Shown here: positions 19,117 through 28,080 of the stretch, in pieces | How positions within the stretch are numbered: position 1 is the first letter of the stretch | Layout of the letters: every line of letters begins with the position of its first letter | Source of the DNA: Candidatus Gottesmanbacteria bacterium CG_4_10_14_0_8_um_filter_37_24 | GTDB lineage: Bacteria > Patescibacteriota > Microgenomatia > 2-02-FULL-39-11 | Assembly (NCBI GenBank): GCA_002785215.1 | Contig: PFMK01000083.1 | Span: 1-38,150 of the forward strand | Direction: 5' to 3' | DNA length: 38,150 nt | Translations under genes and position numbers: made by a program | The notes under the pieces: generated by a model | Databases searched by the model: none | What the model was told of the DNA's origin: nothing | The model's input: the letters and a program-made list of their open reading frames with translations, nothing else

Positions 19117-21576
19117 TCAATTACTACTGTCTTCTTTATATCCTACAACAGAAAAGGTTATTTCATCACTCTTAACCCGTTCGTTGTTTTCAGTCATCCC
19201 ATAAGCCGCTATAGTATGTTTACCCACTTGGGGTTTCCATGACGCGCTGTAGGGAAAGTCCTCTGCTTCCTTAAAAAGTTTCCCGTCCAAATACCAAAAC
19301 ACCTTATTAATACTCTGTGAGATATTTACCTCAAAAACTATTCTTTCATTATTTACCAAAAGCGGTGCGGATTCAAAAACGGTTTTTTCTTTCGGGTAGG
19401 TAATCTCCAAATAAATTTTACCTGAAAGTTGCTGACTATTGTTACAAAGAGGTGATGATTGCCGAGGAATGACTTCTTGACGGTTTTGTATCGCCCAGGT
19501 ATAAACTTCAGGAGGATAGTCAATAAACACCTTTTCTTCAACAAAGTTTTTCGGGCAAGAATCATCTGCTAACAAGCCGTTTCTATTATCAATCAGGACT
19601 TTTTTGTGTAATTTAGATACTTCCTTTGGCTCCGAACCCTCAACGAAAAGTTCATTGGTTTTTTCAGGACAAAGTTCATCTGGAAGACTTCCCGACATTG
19701 CGCATATTTCCACTTCCTTTATCCGTTCCGGACGAATAAACACTTCAATTGGATAGCCTTTTAAAAATTCCTCAAAAAATTGGTTCCAAATTGGTGCTGC
19801 CCCTACCACTCCTGAAATTTCCCGCATCGGATGGTTGTCATTGTTTCCAACCCAAACTCCAACTGTATAACTGGGAGTATAGCCGACAGTCCAGTTATCA
19901 TGCCAATCGGTCGTTGTTCCTGTTTTTACGGAAGCGGGGTGGGAAAGAACAAGAGGATTTTTCTCGCCAAACGCCGGAATACGGGCTTTGGGATCGGATA
20001 AGATATTGGAAATGAGATAAGCCACCTGTTTTCCATTTTGACCCAAGACTTGCGTTCCTTGATTGTCATGATGTGTATATAAGTTCTTACCATCGTCGGC
20101 AACTATCTTTTGGATTGTGTAAGGTTCTTTATACTCACCTCCTCTGGCAAAACTTGCAAATACGTTGGTCAGCTCAAGTAGCTTTATTTCTCCTCCTCCC
20201 AAAGTCAGGGCTAAATCATATCTGTCTTCCTGGGTAAAAGTAGTAATCCCTAAATCTCTGGCAACTTTCAAAAAATTATTAATTCCGATTCTATCCAGCA
20301 TTTCCACGGCTGGTAAGTTAAGAGAGGATGCGAGAGCTTCCCGAGCCAATACTAAACCGTGGTATCTGCCATCATAATTGTTAGGAGTAAAACCCTCACC
20401 TTTTTTGGTTTGATAAATTTTTATTACATCATAAATCAATGTCGCAGGAGTGTATCCTTCCCTAAAAGCTGTTGCATAGGTAACAGGTTTTAACGCCGAA
20501 CCAGGCTGCCTTAAAGCGGTTGCCATATTAACCTGCCCGGAACGAGAAGCATCGAAATAATCAATTCCTCCAAGCATGTCAATAATTTCTCCAGAATCAT
20601 TCCTGATAAGAACAATAGAAGCATTGCTTAAATCATGCTGATTTTTCAATCTGTCCACCCATATTTTGGCGATGTTCTCGCTTAGATTAAATGTAGGATA
20701 ATCAAGCGTCGTATAGATATTTAGACCTTGGTTATTATTAATTCCCAGTGCAAATAGTTCTTGTAAGACATAATGAACAAAATGAGGAGCCTTTATGTCT
20801 GACTTTTTTGTGGAAATCGCGAGTTCTTCTAGTTTTGCCTCTTCGGCTTTTTCTTTTGAAATAAATCCATGCTTCATCATTAAATCCAATACTTGTATTT
20901 GTCCCTTTTTTACTTCATCCCTACTTGAAAAGGGGTTGCGTTTGTCCGGCGAGGAAAGCAAACCAACCAGAAAAGCACTTTCTGCAAGCGATAGCTGGCT
21001 GATATCCTTATCAAAATAGGTTGACGATGCTGCCTGTATCCCATACGCCAAATTGCCAAAATACATCTGGTTGAAATACATGGTCAGGATATCTTTCTTT
21101 GAATATGAAGCTGTTATCCTTAAGGCTATAAAAATCTCCCTTATTTTTCTGACAATACTTCTGGAAGGTATCTTTTTATGGGAAATTATTGCAGTTCTGG
21201 TCAACTGTTGTGTAATCGTGCTTGCTCCGGAAACGATCCTTCCTTCTTTTATGTTTATTAACAATGATCTGGCAATTGCTCTTAAATCCACTCCTGGATT
21301 AGTCCAAAATGTAATATCTTCGGAAGCAACGGCTGCGTTTATGAGATAGACTGGCAGGTCGTTATAGGTAATTGGCATCTTTTTACCCACCTCGCCAGCA
21401 GATTCATAAAGAAGAGTGTGGTTCCTATCCCATATTTTGACAGTTCCAGACTGATTGATCTTGGGCTGTGTCCACCAGATAAATAAAGCAAGGGAAATAA
21501 ATAGGATCGAAATTATGATAGGCTTTCTTATTTTCCGGATTGTAGGATTAAATAGTTTTTTGATTTTAGGATACAC
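19117..21576 (-). CDS. pbpC: Bifunctional penicillin-binding protein, PBP1C-like
   Basis: GT51 motifs ASED..F..NPGVD, GASTITQQL, RKIRE; transpeptidase SALK, SLN, KTG; C-terminal Ig-like domain; adjacent to alpha-2-macroglobulin. Confidence 0.85.
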   Translation of the reverse strand: MYPKIKKLFNPTIRKIRKPIIISILFISLALFIWWTQPKINQSGTVKIWDRNHTLLYESAGEVGKKMPITYNDLPVYLINAAVASEDITFWTNPGVDLRAIARSLLINIKEGRIVSGASTITQQLTRTAIISHKKIPSRSIVRKIREIFIALRITASYSKKDILTMYFNQMYFGNLAYGIQAASSTYFDKDISQLSLAESAFLVGLLSSPDKRNPFSSRDEVKKGQIQVLDLMMKHGFISKEKAEEAKLEELAISTKKSDIKAPHFVHYVLQELFALGINNNQGLNIYTTLDYPTFNLSENIAKIWVDRLKNQHDLSNASIVLIRNDSGEIIDMLGGIDYFDASRSGQVNMATALRQPGSALKPVTYATAFREGYTPATLIYDVIKIYQTKKGEGFTPNNYDGRYHGLVLAREALASSLNLPAVEMLDRIGINNFLKVARDLGITTFTQEDRYDLALTLGGGEIKLLELTNVFASFARGGEYKEPYTIQKIVADDGKNLYTHHDNQGTQVLGQNGKQVAYLISNILSDPKARIPAFGEKNPLVLSHPASVKTGTTTDWHDNWTVGYTPSYTVGVWVGNNDNHPMREISGVVGAAPIWNQFFEEFLKGYPIEVFIRPERIKEVEICAMSGSLPDELCPEKTNELFVEGSEPKEVSKLHKKVLIDNRNGLLADDSCPKNFVEEKVFIDYPPEVYTWAIQNRQEVIPRQSSPLCNNSQQLSGKIYLEITYPKEKTVFESAPLLVNNERIVFEVNISQSINKVFWYLDGKLFKEAEDFPYSASWKPQVGKHTIAAYGMTENNERVKSDEITFSVVGYKEDSSN

Positions 21577-21642
21577 ACCCTAAATTATATCAAGATATCG
21601 GAAGTTTTATGGTAAGCCTACATTATTTATCATAAAGTAAAA

Positions 21643-22608
21643 TTAAACCCCACATCCTCCGCCTCCTTCCACCTTAGGAAGAAGACCTTCCGTCTGCAAT
21701 TCCTTATTTATGACTCTATATCCCTGACTACTGGAATAGTCGATTCCTAAAACAAGTTCAGGATCAATCTTGTCCCATGGGATATTCTTCTTTTGCTTAA
21801 AGTAAATACCTAACTCTGCATAAGTTTGCGGAAACCAATAAGTGTTTAATACCAGGGCTTTCTTATATATCTCGTCTTTCTGCATTCCCTGTGTTACGGC
21901 AAGCTCAATAAACCCAAGCATAGCGGCTCCATGGTTGCAGTCGGGGAAATAAGTACTGTTTCCACAGCATGGACGGTATATATTTTGGGAAATTTCGCGA
22001 ACGACAGCCTCCTCTTCAGGACTCAAATCAATTATCGGAAAGCGATTGAAGAGTTTTCCTCCTTCTTCCCTACCCAATGTCCATCCGCCTGTTGAAGCAA
22101 AATTCCCTACATCTTTTTTATATTGTGTTCCCATCGGTCCCTCGGAAAGTATATTAGTTTTGTTAGCAATACCTAGTGGCCAAAGAAGATTCAGTAATAA
22201 ATTAGCATTCTCTTGATTTATGATAATCGGCTCATCGGAGGGATTGTCGAATAATCTCTTCTCAGTTTCTGTTAGACCTCCTCGCCCCTCATATAATTTT
22301 ATAAACTTATCCTTATCTATAGCTCCAAATTGAACCATTTTAGCAACTACATTCTTAAATGAGACACCCAAGTTCACTTTTTCTGGAAATACGGATTTAG
22401 TGATTTCTTCCTGTAGTTTGGTAATATCCGGTGTTGGAGTAGGCAAATTCTTCTGCCTAAACGGCAGTGAGTAAGATAAAATCTCTGCTTTAACAACAAA
22501 AAGTGGGATAAGTTTCAAAACTAGAACAGCAAGAAGAAAACCTGTTACCAGTCCCACGAAATAACTTCTTTTTGTTTTAATCCTTTTTATCAGATTTTTT
22601 ACTTTCAT
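21643..22608 (-). CDS. Membrane-anchored protein of unknown function with Cys/His cluster
   Basis: N-terminal TM, RPCCGNSTYFPDCNHG motif, C-terminal GGGGCGV; overlaps upstream ccdA-like gene. Confidence 0.8.
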   Translation of the reverse strand: MKVKNLIKRIKTKRSYFVGLVTGFLLAVLVLKLIPLFVVKAEILSYSLPFRQKNLPTPTPDITKLQEEITKSVFPEKVNLGVSFKNVVAKMVQFGAIDKDKFIKLYEGRGGLTETEKRLFDNPSDEPIIINQENANLLLNLLWPLGIANKTNILSEGPMGTQYKKDVGNFASTGGWTLGREEGGKLFNRFPIIDLSPEEEAVVREISQNIYRPCCGNSTYFPDCNHGAAMLGFIELAVTQGMQKDEIYKKALVLNTYWFPQTYAELGIYFKQKKNIPWDKIDPELVLGIDYSSSQGYRVINKELQTEGLLPKVEGGGGCGV

Positions 22609-23413
22609 TTCCTGCCTCCTTCAGCATAATTTTAAATAAAAGGATGATTCCGATAAGTACCAAAATGTCCAAAATCGGATTCTGCAGTTTACCTGAAACG
22701 TCAAAAATAAAATCCCTGAGTCCTCTACCATATTCCATATTGGCATCCATCTTGATTTTGTCGGTTAAAGCCATATAGGCAATAATTAGTGAAGAAACCA
22801 TAAAAGTTATCGATGCAATAATCTTCAAAGGTTTCTCTGTTTTACTTTTTATTTTGTACAGATATTGGTTGGTGAGCTTTTCATAGAATAAAGATAGGAA
22901 AAACAGAGGAAAAACTATCCCTAAAACGTATACAAATGAAACGATAAGAGAAGTGAAAATTGTCGGTGATAATGATGAGAGAGTTATGGCTGCGAATAGA
23001 ACAGGAGCACAGCAGGATGAGGTAATACCTGAGAAAAGTCCTAATACATATGTAGAGGCAACTGTTGTTTTGGTCGGCATAGTAAAGTGCGGAAGCGGTA
23101 GCATCAGTTTAGTATCAAATAACGTCATCAACCCTAAAAGGAACATCAGAAGAGCTCCCAGAAGATAAGTAGTTGTATGAAACTGGTCAAATAAAGAAAC
23201 AATTATTTTCATTCCGAGCGCAACGGGCACCAGTATTGACCCAAGTCCAAGTGCAAATACCAACGTTAAATAAACAATCCGTTTCCTTTCCTTAAAGATC
23301 GTGCCCAAATATGATGGGAATAAAAATGTGATACAGCAGGGAGCAAAAAGGGCTACCATACCCCCTAAGAATGAAGCGATTAGGGAAACACCAAATATAA
23401 GGTTTGAATTCAT
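22577..23413 (-). CDS. CcdA/DsbD-family transmembrane electron transporter
   Basis: FLGGMVALFAPCCITFLFPSYL and GITSSCCAPVL, multi-pass membrane protein. Confidence 0.88.
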   Translation of the reverse strand: MNSNLIFGVSLIASFLGGMVALFAPCCITFLFPSYLGTIFKERKRIVYLTLVFALGLGSILVPVALGMKIIVSLFDQFHTTTYLLGALLMFLLGLMTLFDTKLMLPLPHFTMPTKTTVASTYVLGLFSGITSSCCAPVLFAAITLSSLSPTIFTSLIVSFVYVLGIVFPLFFLSLFYEKLTNQYLYKIKSKTEKPLKIIASITFMVSSLIIAYMALTDKIKMDANMEYGRGLRDFIFDVSGKLQNPILDILVLIGIILLFKIMLKEAGNESKKSDKKD

Positions 23414-23416
23414 ATA

Positions 23417-23953
23417 TTACTCAACAAGTGCTTTTACAGTAAAAGTCAATTTAGAATTGGATGGATCATTTGTTTGCATATATACGTCTCGGGTAACCGC
23501 TCCCTTAACAGGCATGATGAATGGTCGGTATATGACGCTTAAAGTAGCTTTTTTACCTGGGTCTAGAGTCCCTATCCAAGGATTTCTTGAATGCATGGTA
23601 AATTCAGGACTTTTATTATCATCAATAGTCACTTGACCGAAGGTACAATCACAAGAAGAGCTCACCTTAAAAAGCTTCAAAGGTTTGTTCCCTTTATTCT
23701 CAATTGTAAATTCAGCGAATTTCTCATCTTTGACGTTTATATTTCCTAAATCAGAACTTGTAGATGATACTACTGCCTCCGGCTTTTCTTTATCATTTTT
23801 TGAGAAACTGGTTATATTGGATGCTGCTTGGCTTTGTTTTCCTTCATTCACGGAAAAAAGGACAATTAATACCAGGATGACAGTGGTAAATCCACCAATA
23901 ATGTAGAAAACCAATTTGTCCGTTCCCATAGTACTGATATGAGACGGTTTCAT
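23417..23953 (-). CDS. DUF1573-like Ig-fold exported protein
   Basis: N-terminal TM, DLGNI, FTIENKGNKPL, SSSCDCT, TNDP; GGAGG RBS upstream. Confidence 0.8.
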   Translation of the reverse strand: MKPSHISTMGTDKLVFYIIGGFTTVILVLIVLFSVNEGKQSQAASNITSFSKNDKEKPEAVVSSTSSDLGNINVKDEKFAEFTIENKGNKPLKLFKVSSSCDCTFGQVTIDDNKSPEFTMHSRNPWIGTLDPGKKATLSVIYRPFIMPVKGAVTRDVYMQTNDPSNSKLTFTVKALVE

Positions 23954-23974
23954 AAATTTATCCTCCTTATAGGG

Positions 23975-24008
23975 ATCATACCAAGCCGGTAATTAAGATT
24001 TCGTGAAG
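23975..24008 (-). promoter_or_regulatory. Direct-repeat regulator box plus -10 element
   Basis: CTTCAC-gaaat-CTTAAT-N11-TATGAT. Confidence 0.75.
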
Positions 24009-24034
24009 AAAGAAAGCTACGTTTATACAGAAAA

Positions 24035-24146
24035 AACTCAGGTTTGAAATATATTTTTCCAGCATATACCCATCTAGACCTCCGAATCGGAGGTCTAATC
24101 AGCTATTGCAACTACTCGGGCGGCAAACCTGAGTAAGATGGGTATA
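24035..24146. repeat. Dispersed structured element, copy B, with extra inserted hairpin
   Basis: actcaggttt/aaacctgagt and tatacccatct/agatgggtata complementary pairs; hairpin tagacctccg-aat-cggaggtcta absent from copy A. Confidence 0.8.
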
Positions 24147-24440
24147 AGAGTTAGTGATGGTAAGGTTGTATTTTTGAACCAATCTGAATGACTCAAGAAG
24201 TTTATTAATCGGGTCTTTTATATCTTTCTGTCTTCTTATGGGCAGAATACAATGGTGTATATGATTTGAAAGTATCATTGAACATATTTTCTGAAGTCTT
24301 CCTTCAGCTTGTTTTGAATGTTTTAGTATCTCCAAACTCGAAGAATTTCTCGCAAGAAGTACCAAACTTTTTTTTATCATACCATGTGCAACTTTCAGTT
24401 CATTAGTAATCTGTTTCTTGTCAGAATGGTATCTGCACAT
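24099..24440 (-). CDS. CsoR/RcnR-family metal-sensitive repressor-like protein, degenerate
   Basis: LKVAHGMI...LEILKHSKQAEG.L...ILSNHIHHCI matches the CsoR pattern; first conserved Cys appears to be Ser; directly downstream of copA. Confidence 0.65.
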   Translation of the reverse strand: MCRYHSDKKQITNELKVAHGMIKKSLVLLARNSSSLEILKHSKQAEGRLQKICSMILSNHIHHCILPIRRQKDIKDPINKLLESFRLVQKYNLTITNSYTHLTQVCRPSSCNS

Positions 24441-24444
24441 AATA

Positions 24445-27400
24445 TTAATTTATCAATTTAAAACTGCTGTTAACAAAATGAAATTTGTCCAGTGTGGAAT
24501 CTGTTTTAGGTAATATATCTGCAACAATAACATCATTCCCAAAGAAATTACTAATTCTGTCTCCGGGATCTTTGAATATCTTTTTTTCTTTCATCATCTC
24601 CGCCTCATCGCTACCAATATATACAGGTATATATGTCTTTCCTGATATATAAATAGAATTGAATCCATCTTCTCTTAACACGTTTTTATACTGGGTAGGT
24701 ATATTGGAATCTGAAATGTAATAGAAGACTTTATCTCCTTCTGCCTCACTAATTACTTTTATATCATCCTTGTATATGGATAAATCATTGTTCAATGTCC
24801 GGATTGAGGAAGGTTTGCTACTTTCCTTCATTTCTTTTCCCTCTGCTACCATGGAACTGCTGAATCTACCAAACTCGAAGAAGAAAAAGGTAAAGAAAAG
24901 CATCATGGCAATTGGCGCAAACATAGAGATATAATTTCTTCTCCCTGGCCTAAAATACCGGAGAAGAAGGGAGTTGGAAACAACTGATATGGATGAAAAA
25001 GCCATAGCAAGACCTGCTAGTTCCGGCTTTAATACCAACCCCAGTGAAATTAATGCTCTGGCGGCAATGGGAATTCCGATGACATTGTAAAAGAGGGCAA
25101 AAAACATATTTTGCTTGATCTTGCCCATAGTTTCTTTTGACAGATCAAAAGCCGTAACCACGTCTCTTAAGTCATTTTTCATGATAACTATTCCTCCTGC
25201 TTCCATAGCTACATCTGTACCATTACCCATAGCAACACCAATATCAGCTTGAGCCAAGGCCGGCGCATCATTAATCCCATCTCCAACCATGGCTACTCTC
25301 TTACCCATCCCTTGGATCTTTTTCACCTCACTTGCCTTATCTTCCGGTAGTACTTCGGCAAGCACGTTGTCGATCCCAACCTCACGGGCTATAGCTTCTG
25401 CTGTTCTTCTGTTATCACCTGTAATCATATAAACTTCAATTCCCCGTTTCTTCAATTTTGCAACCGCTTCTTTAGATGTTTCTTTCACGGTATCAGCAAC
25501 TGCCACAATTCCCAAAATTTCTTTATCATTTGACAAAATCATGGCGGTTTTACCCTGTTCTTCCAATCTTCCCAGTTTCCTATCAACAATATCTATAGGA
25601 AGTCCGACAACTTCAGAAATCAACTTCCTATTACCAAAGTAGTACTTTTGACTATCTATTTCAGCTGTAACACCGTGCCCAGCGATCGCTTTAAAGTTTT
25701 GCGTGTCTTTTAATGTAGCTAATTCCTCTTTGGCATAATTGTAAATTGCTTCAGCCAAAGGATGTTCTGAGGACTTTTCAAGGCTCGCTGACAAAGAAAG
25801 AACACTATTATCGTTCAAACTTCCTATACCAACAATATCTGTCACAACCGGTTTTCCGTTTGTTAAAGTACCAGTTTTATCAAAAACAACTGTGTTTACT
25901 TTGCAGGCAGATTCCAAAGGTTCTCCTCCTTTTATAAGTACACCGTATTCAGCCCCTTTTCCTGTACCAACCATAAGAGCGGTGGGTGTAGCAAGTCCTA
26001 CAGCACATGGACAAGCTATAACAATAACCGATGTAAATGCCATAAGGGCAAACGCAAGTGTTGCACCTAACACAAAATACCAGATAATAAAGGTGAGTAA
26101 TGCAATCCCTATAACTATCGGTACAAACCAGGCTGATATCTTATCCGCAAATGCTTGGATAGGTGCTTTGGACCCTTGAGCTTCTTCAATCAGTCTTATT
26201 ATTTGGGCTAAAGTTGTCTCTGAACCAACACGGGTTGCCACAAACTCAAAACTACCCATTTTGTTCATTGTTGCACCAACTACAGTATCTCCCTCATGTT
26301 TTTCAACGGGAATACTTTCTCCTGTTAACATGGACTCATCTACACTTGATGAACCTTTGATAATTTTTCCGTCAATGGGAACTTTTTCTCCGGGACGGAC
26401 CAATATAATATCGCCTGCCTTTACTTCATTAATTGGGATATCCATCGTCTGGCCGTCTTTAACGACTCTGGCTGTTTTGGCCGCCAAACCCATCAGTTTT
26501 TTAATGGCATCGGATGTTCTGCCCTTTGCCCGAATTTCAAGCCATTTCCCAAGAATAACAAAAGTAATCAGAAAGGCGGCAGTTTCAAAATATAATTCCG
26601 GTATTTTTGCTCCATTTATACCGATAAGAGATCCTGTCTTTAAAAAATAATATACTAAATTGATAAGAGAGTAGAAATAGGCTGTGGATGTACCGATTGC
26701 AATCAAACTATCCATATTGAAAGTCTTCATCCTAAGGGCTGACCACATGCCTTTATAAAACCTGAGTCCGATAATAAATTGGACCGGTGTCGACAACAAT
26801 AAGGAAATTATTCCTATAAAAGGTGTTAACATTACTTTTCCGGGTATCCATGAGATGAAATCAAAGAGCATAAAATAAAGCATGGGGAAAGAGAGAATAA
26901 GACTGTTTATGAACGCTTCTGATAATCCTTTTATCTCCTTTTCCCTCTTTTTCCTATCAAACTCAGGATCATTGTTTTTCACCTCTGAGGCTAAGTAACC
27001 GGCTTTTTTTACAGCATTAATCAAACTATCAACTGTTACGATGTTGCCATCATAAAAAACCAAGGCTTTTTCTGCGGCAAAATTGACATTTGCTTTGGAA
27101 ACGCCTGTAACCTTCTTTAGCGACTTTTCAATAAGTGCAGCACATGATGAACAATGCATACCCGAGAGTGACAGATTTATTCTTTGCTGACTATTTGCTG
27201 TTAACGTATTTGTCTTTTCTTCCTTAATTGGAAGGCTATTTTGGGGTATTTCTGAGGTTGTGTTTGGTGTTACATCGTCACTATCGTTACGGTTTGTGGA
27301 AAACTCCACTCTGTCAAACAGTTTTACTATGTCAATTGAGGATATCAGCTCTTGCAGGAAGTTTTTAGAACCCACCTGTCCTTGTGGAATTGATAATTTG

Positions 27401-27798
27401 GCATTCTTATTATTTTTAACAATACCATCAAAATACGGTTTACCACCGGCATCTTGGGAAATTCTTCCTTCTGCGACTACTTCAGACTCAATCGTAATTT
27501 TGAAAGGCTTATTTGACGCAGTAATTTCTTGTTGAAATAGTACTTCGCTCTCATGAGTTGATTTTCCATACCCATTTCCGTTTGCTTCGATCACTGCCTG
27601 ATAACCGGCACGTTTAACAGCATTGATCAGTTCATCAAGTTGTATATTTTCTTTTTCTAAATGAAGTAATGCTTTGCCGGTTTTATGATCAATTCTTTCT
27701 ACTTTAACTCCGGAAATTTCTGATAACTCTTCTTTAATGAGTGTTTCACATGAATCGCAATGCATTCCCGAGATAGTGAGGTTAACGTTTTTTATCAT
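24445..27798 (-). CDS. copA: Cu(I)-exporting P1B-1 ATPase with two HMA domains and C-terminal extension
   Basis: [45 protein letters not shown]. Confidence 0.95.
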   Translation of the reverse strand: MIKNVNLTISGMHCDSCETLIKEELSEISGVKVERIDHKTGKALLHLEKENIQLDELINAVKRAGYQAVIEANGNGYGKSTHESEVLFQQEITASNKPFKITIESEVVAEGRISQDAGGKPYFDGIVKNNKNAKLSIPQGQVGSKNFLQELISSIDIVKLFDRVEFSTNRNDSDDVTPNTTSEIPQNSLPIKEEKTNTLTANSQQRINLSLSGMHCSSCAALIEKSLKKVTGVSKANVNFAAEKALVFYDGNIVTVDSLINAVKKAGYLASEVKNNDPEFDRKKREKEIKGLSEAFINSLILSFPMLYFMLFDFISWIPGKVMLTPFIGIISLLLSTPVQFIIGLRFYKGMWSALRMKTFNMDSLIAIGTSTAYFYSLINLVYYFLKTGSLIGINGAKIPELYFETAAFLITFVILGKWLEIRAKGRTSDAIKKLMGLAAKTARVVKDGQTMDIPINEVKAGDIILVRPGEKVPIDGKIIKGSSSVDESMLTGESIPVEKHEGDTVVGATMNKMGSFEFVATRVGSETTLAQIIRLIEEAQGSKAPIQAFADKISAWFVPIVIGIALLTFIIWYFVLGATLAFALMAFTSVIVIACPCAVGLATPTALMVGTGKGAEYGVLIKGGEPLESACKVNTVVFDKTGTLTNGKPVVTDIVGIGSLNDNSVLSLSASLEKSSEHPLAEAIYNYAKEELATLKDTQNFKAIAGHGVTAEIDSQKYYFGNRKLISEVVGLPIDIVDRKLGRLEEQGKTAMILSNDKEILGIVAVADTVKETSKEAVAKLKKRGIEVYMITGDNRRTAEAIAREVGIDNVLAEVLPEDKASEVKKIQGMGKRVAMVGDGINDAPALAQADIGVAMGNGTDVAMEAGGIVIMKNDLRDVVTAFDLSKETMGKIKQNMFFALFYNVIGIPIAARALISLGLVLKPELAGLAMAFSSISVVSNSLLLRYFRPGRRNYISMFAPIAMMLFFTFFFFEFGRFSSSMVAEGKEMKESSKPSSIRTLNNDLSIYKDDIKVISEAEGDKVFYYISDSNIPTQYKNVLREDGFNSIYISGKTYIPVYIGSDEAEMMKEKKIFKDPGDRISNFFGNDVIVADILPKTDSTLDKFHFVNSSFKLIN

Positions 27799-27844
27799 AG
27801 TTCGATTTCACTCACTATGACCCTGAGCTTGTCGAAGGGTCATA
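27795..27844 (-). repeat. Double palindrome overlapping the copA start codon
   Basis: TATGACCCTTCGACAAGCTCAGGGTCATAGTGAGTGAAATCGAACTATGA; homologous to 29883-29933. Confidence 0.8.
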
Positions 27845-27853
27845 ATATTACTC

Positions 27854-28063
27854 TCATTTCACCTGATAAGGTAAACCCGAAAGAGCAGGAGTGATATCGG
27901 ATATATTCAGTTTTTTAATGCTTGTAACAGTTGTTTCTCCGCTGTTTCCTTTTATGATTACGTCGGAAACCCCATCCAGTTTACCGACTTTCTTTTTAAT
28001 AAGTTTGATACAGGCTTCACAAGTAATCCCGGATATTTTTACATTTAAGTTATAATTACTCAT
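27854..28063 (-). CDS. HMA-domain copper chaperone (CopZ-like)
   Basis: 69 aa, GITCEAC, terminal LPYQV; AGGAG RBS. Confidence 0.88.
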   Translation of the reverse strand: MSNYNLNVKISGITCEACIKLIKKKVGKLDGVSDVIIKGNSGETTVTSIKKLNISDITPALSGLPYQVK

Positions 28064-28080
28064 TAAATTCTCCTTTGTGA

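Noticed and set aside
24035-24146. Hammerhead or HDV-like ribozyme call
   Set aside because: CTGATTA does not match CUGANGA, and there is no room for HDV P1.1/P4/J4-2; left unassigned
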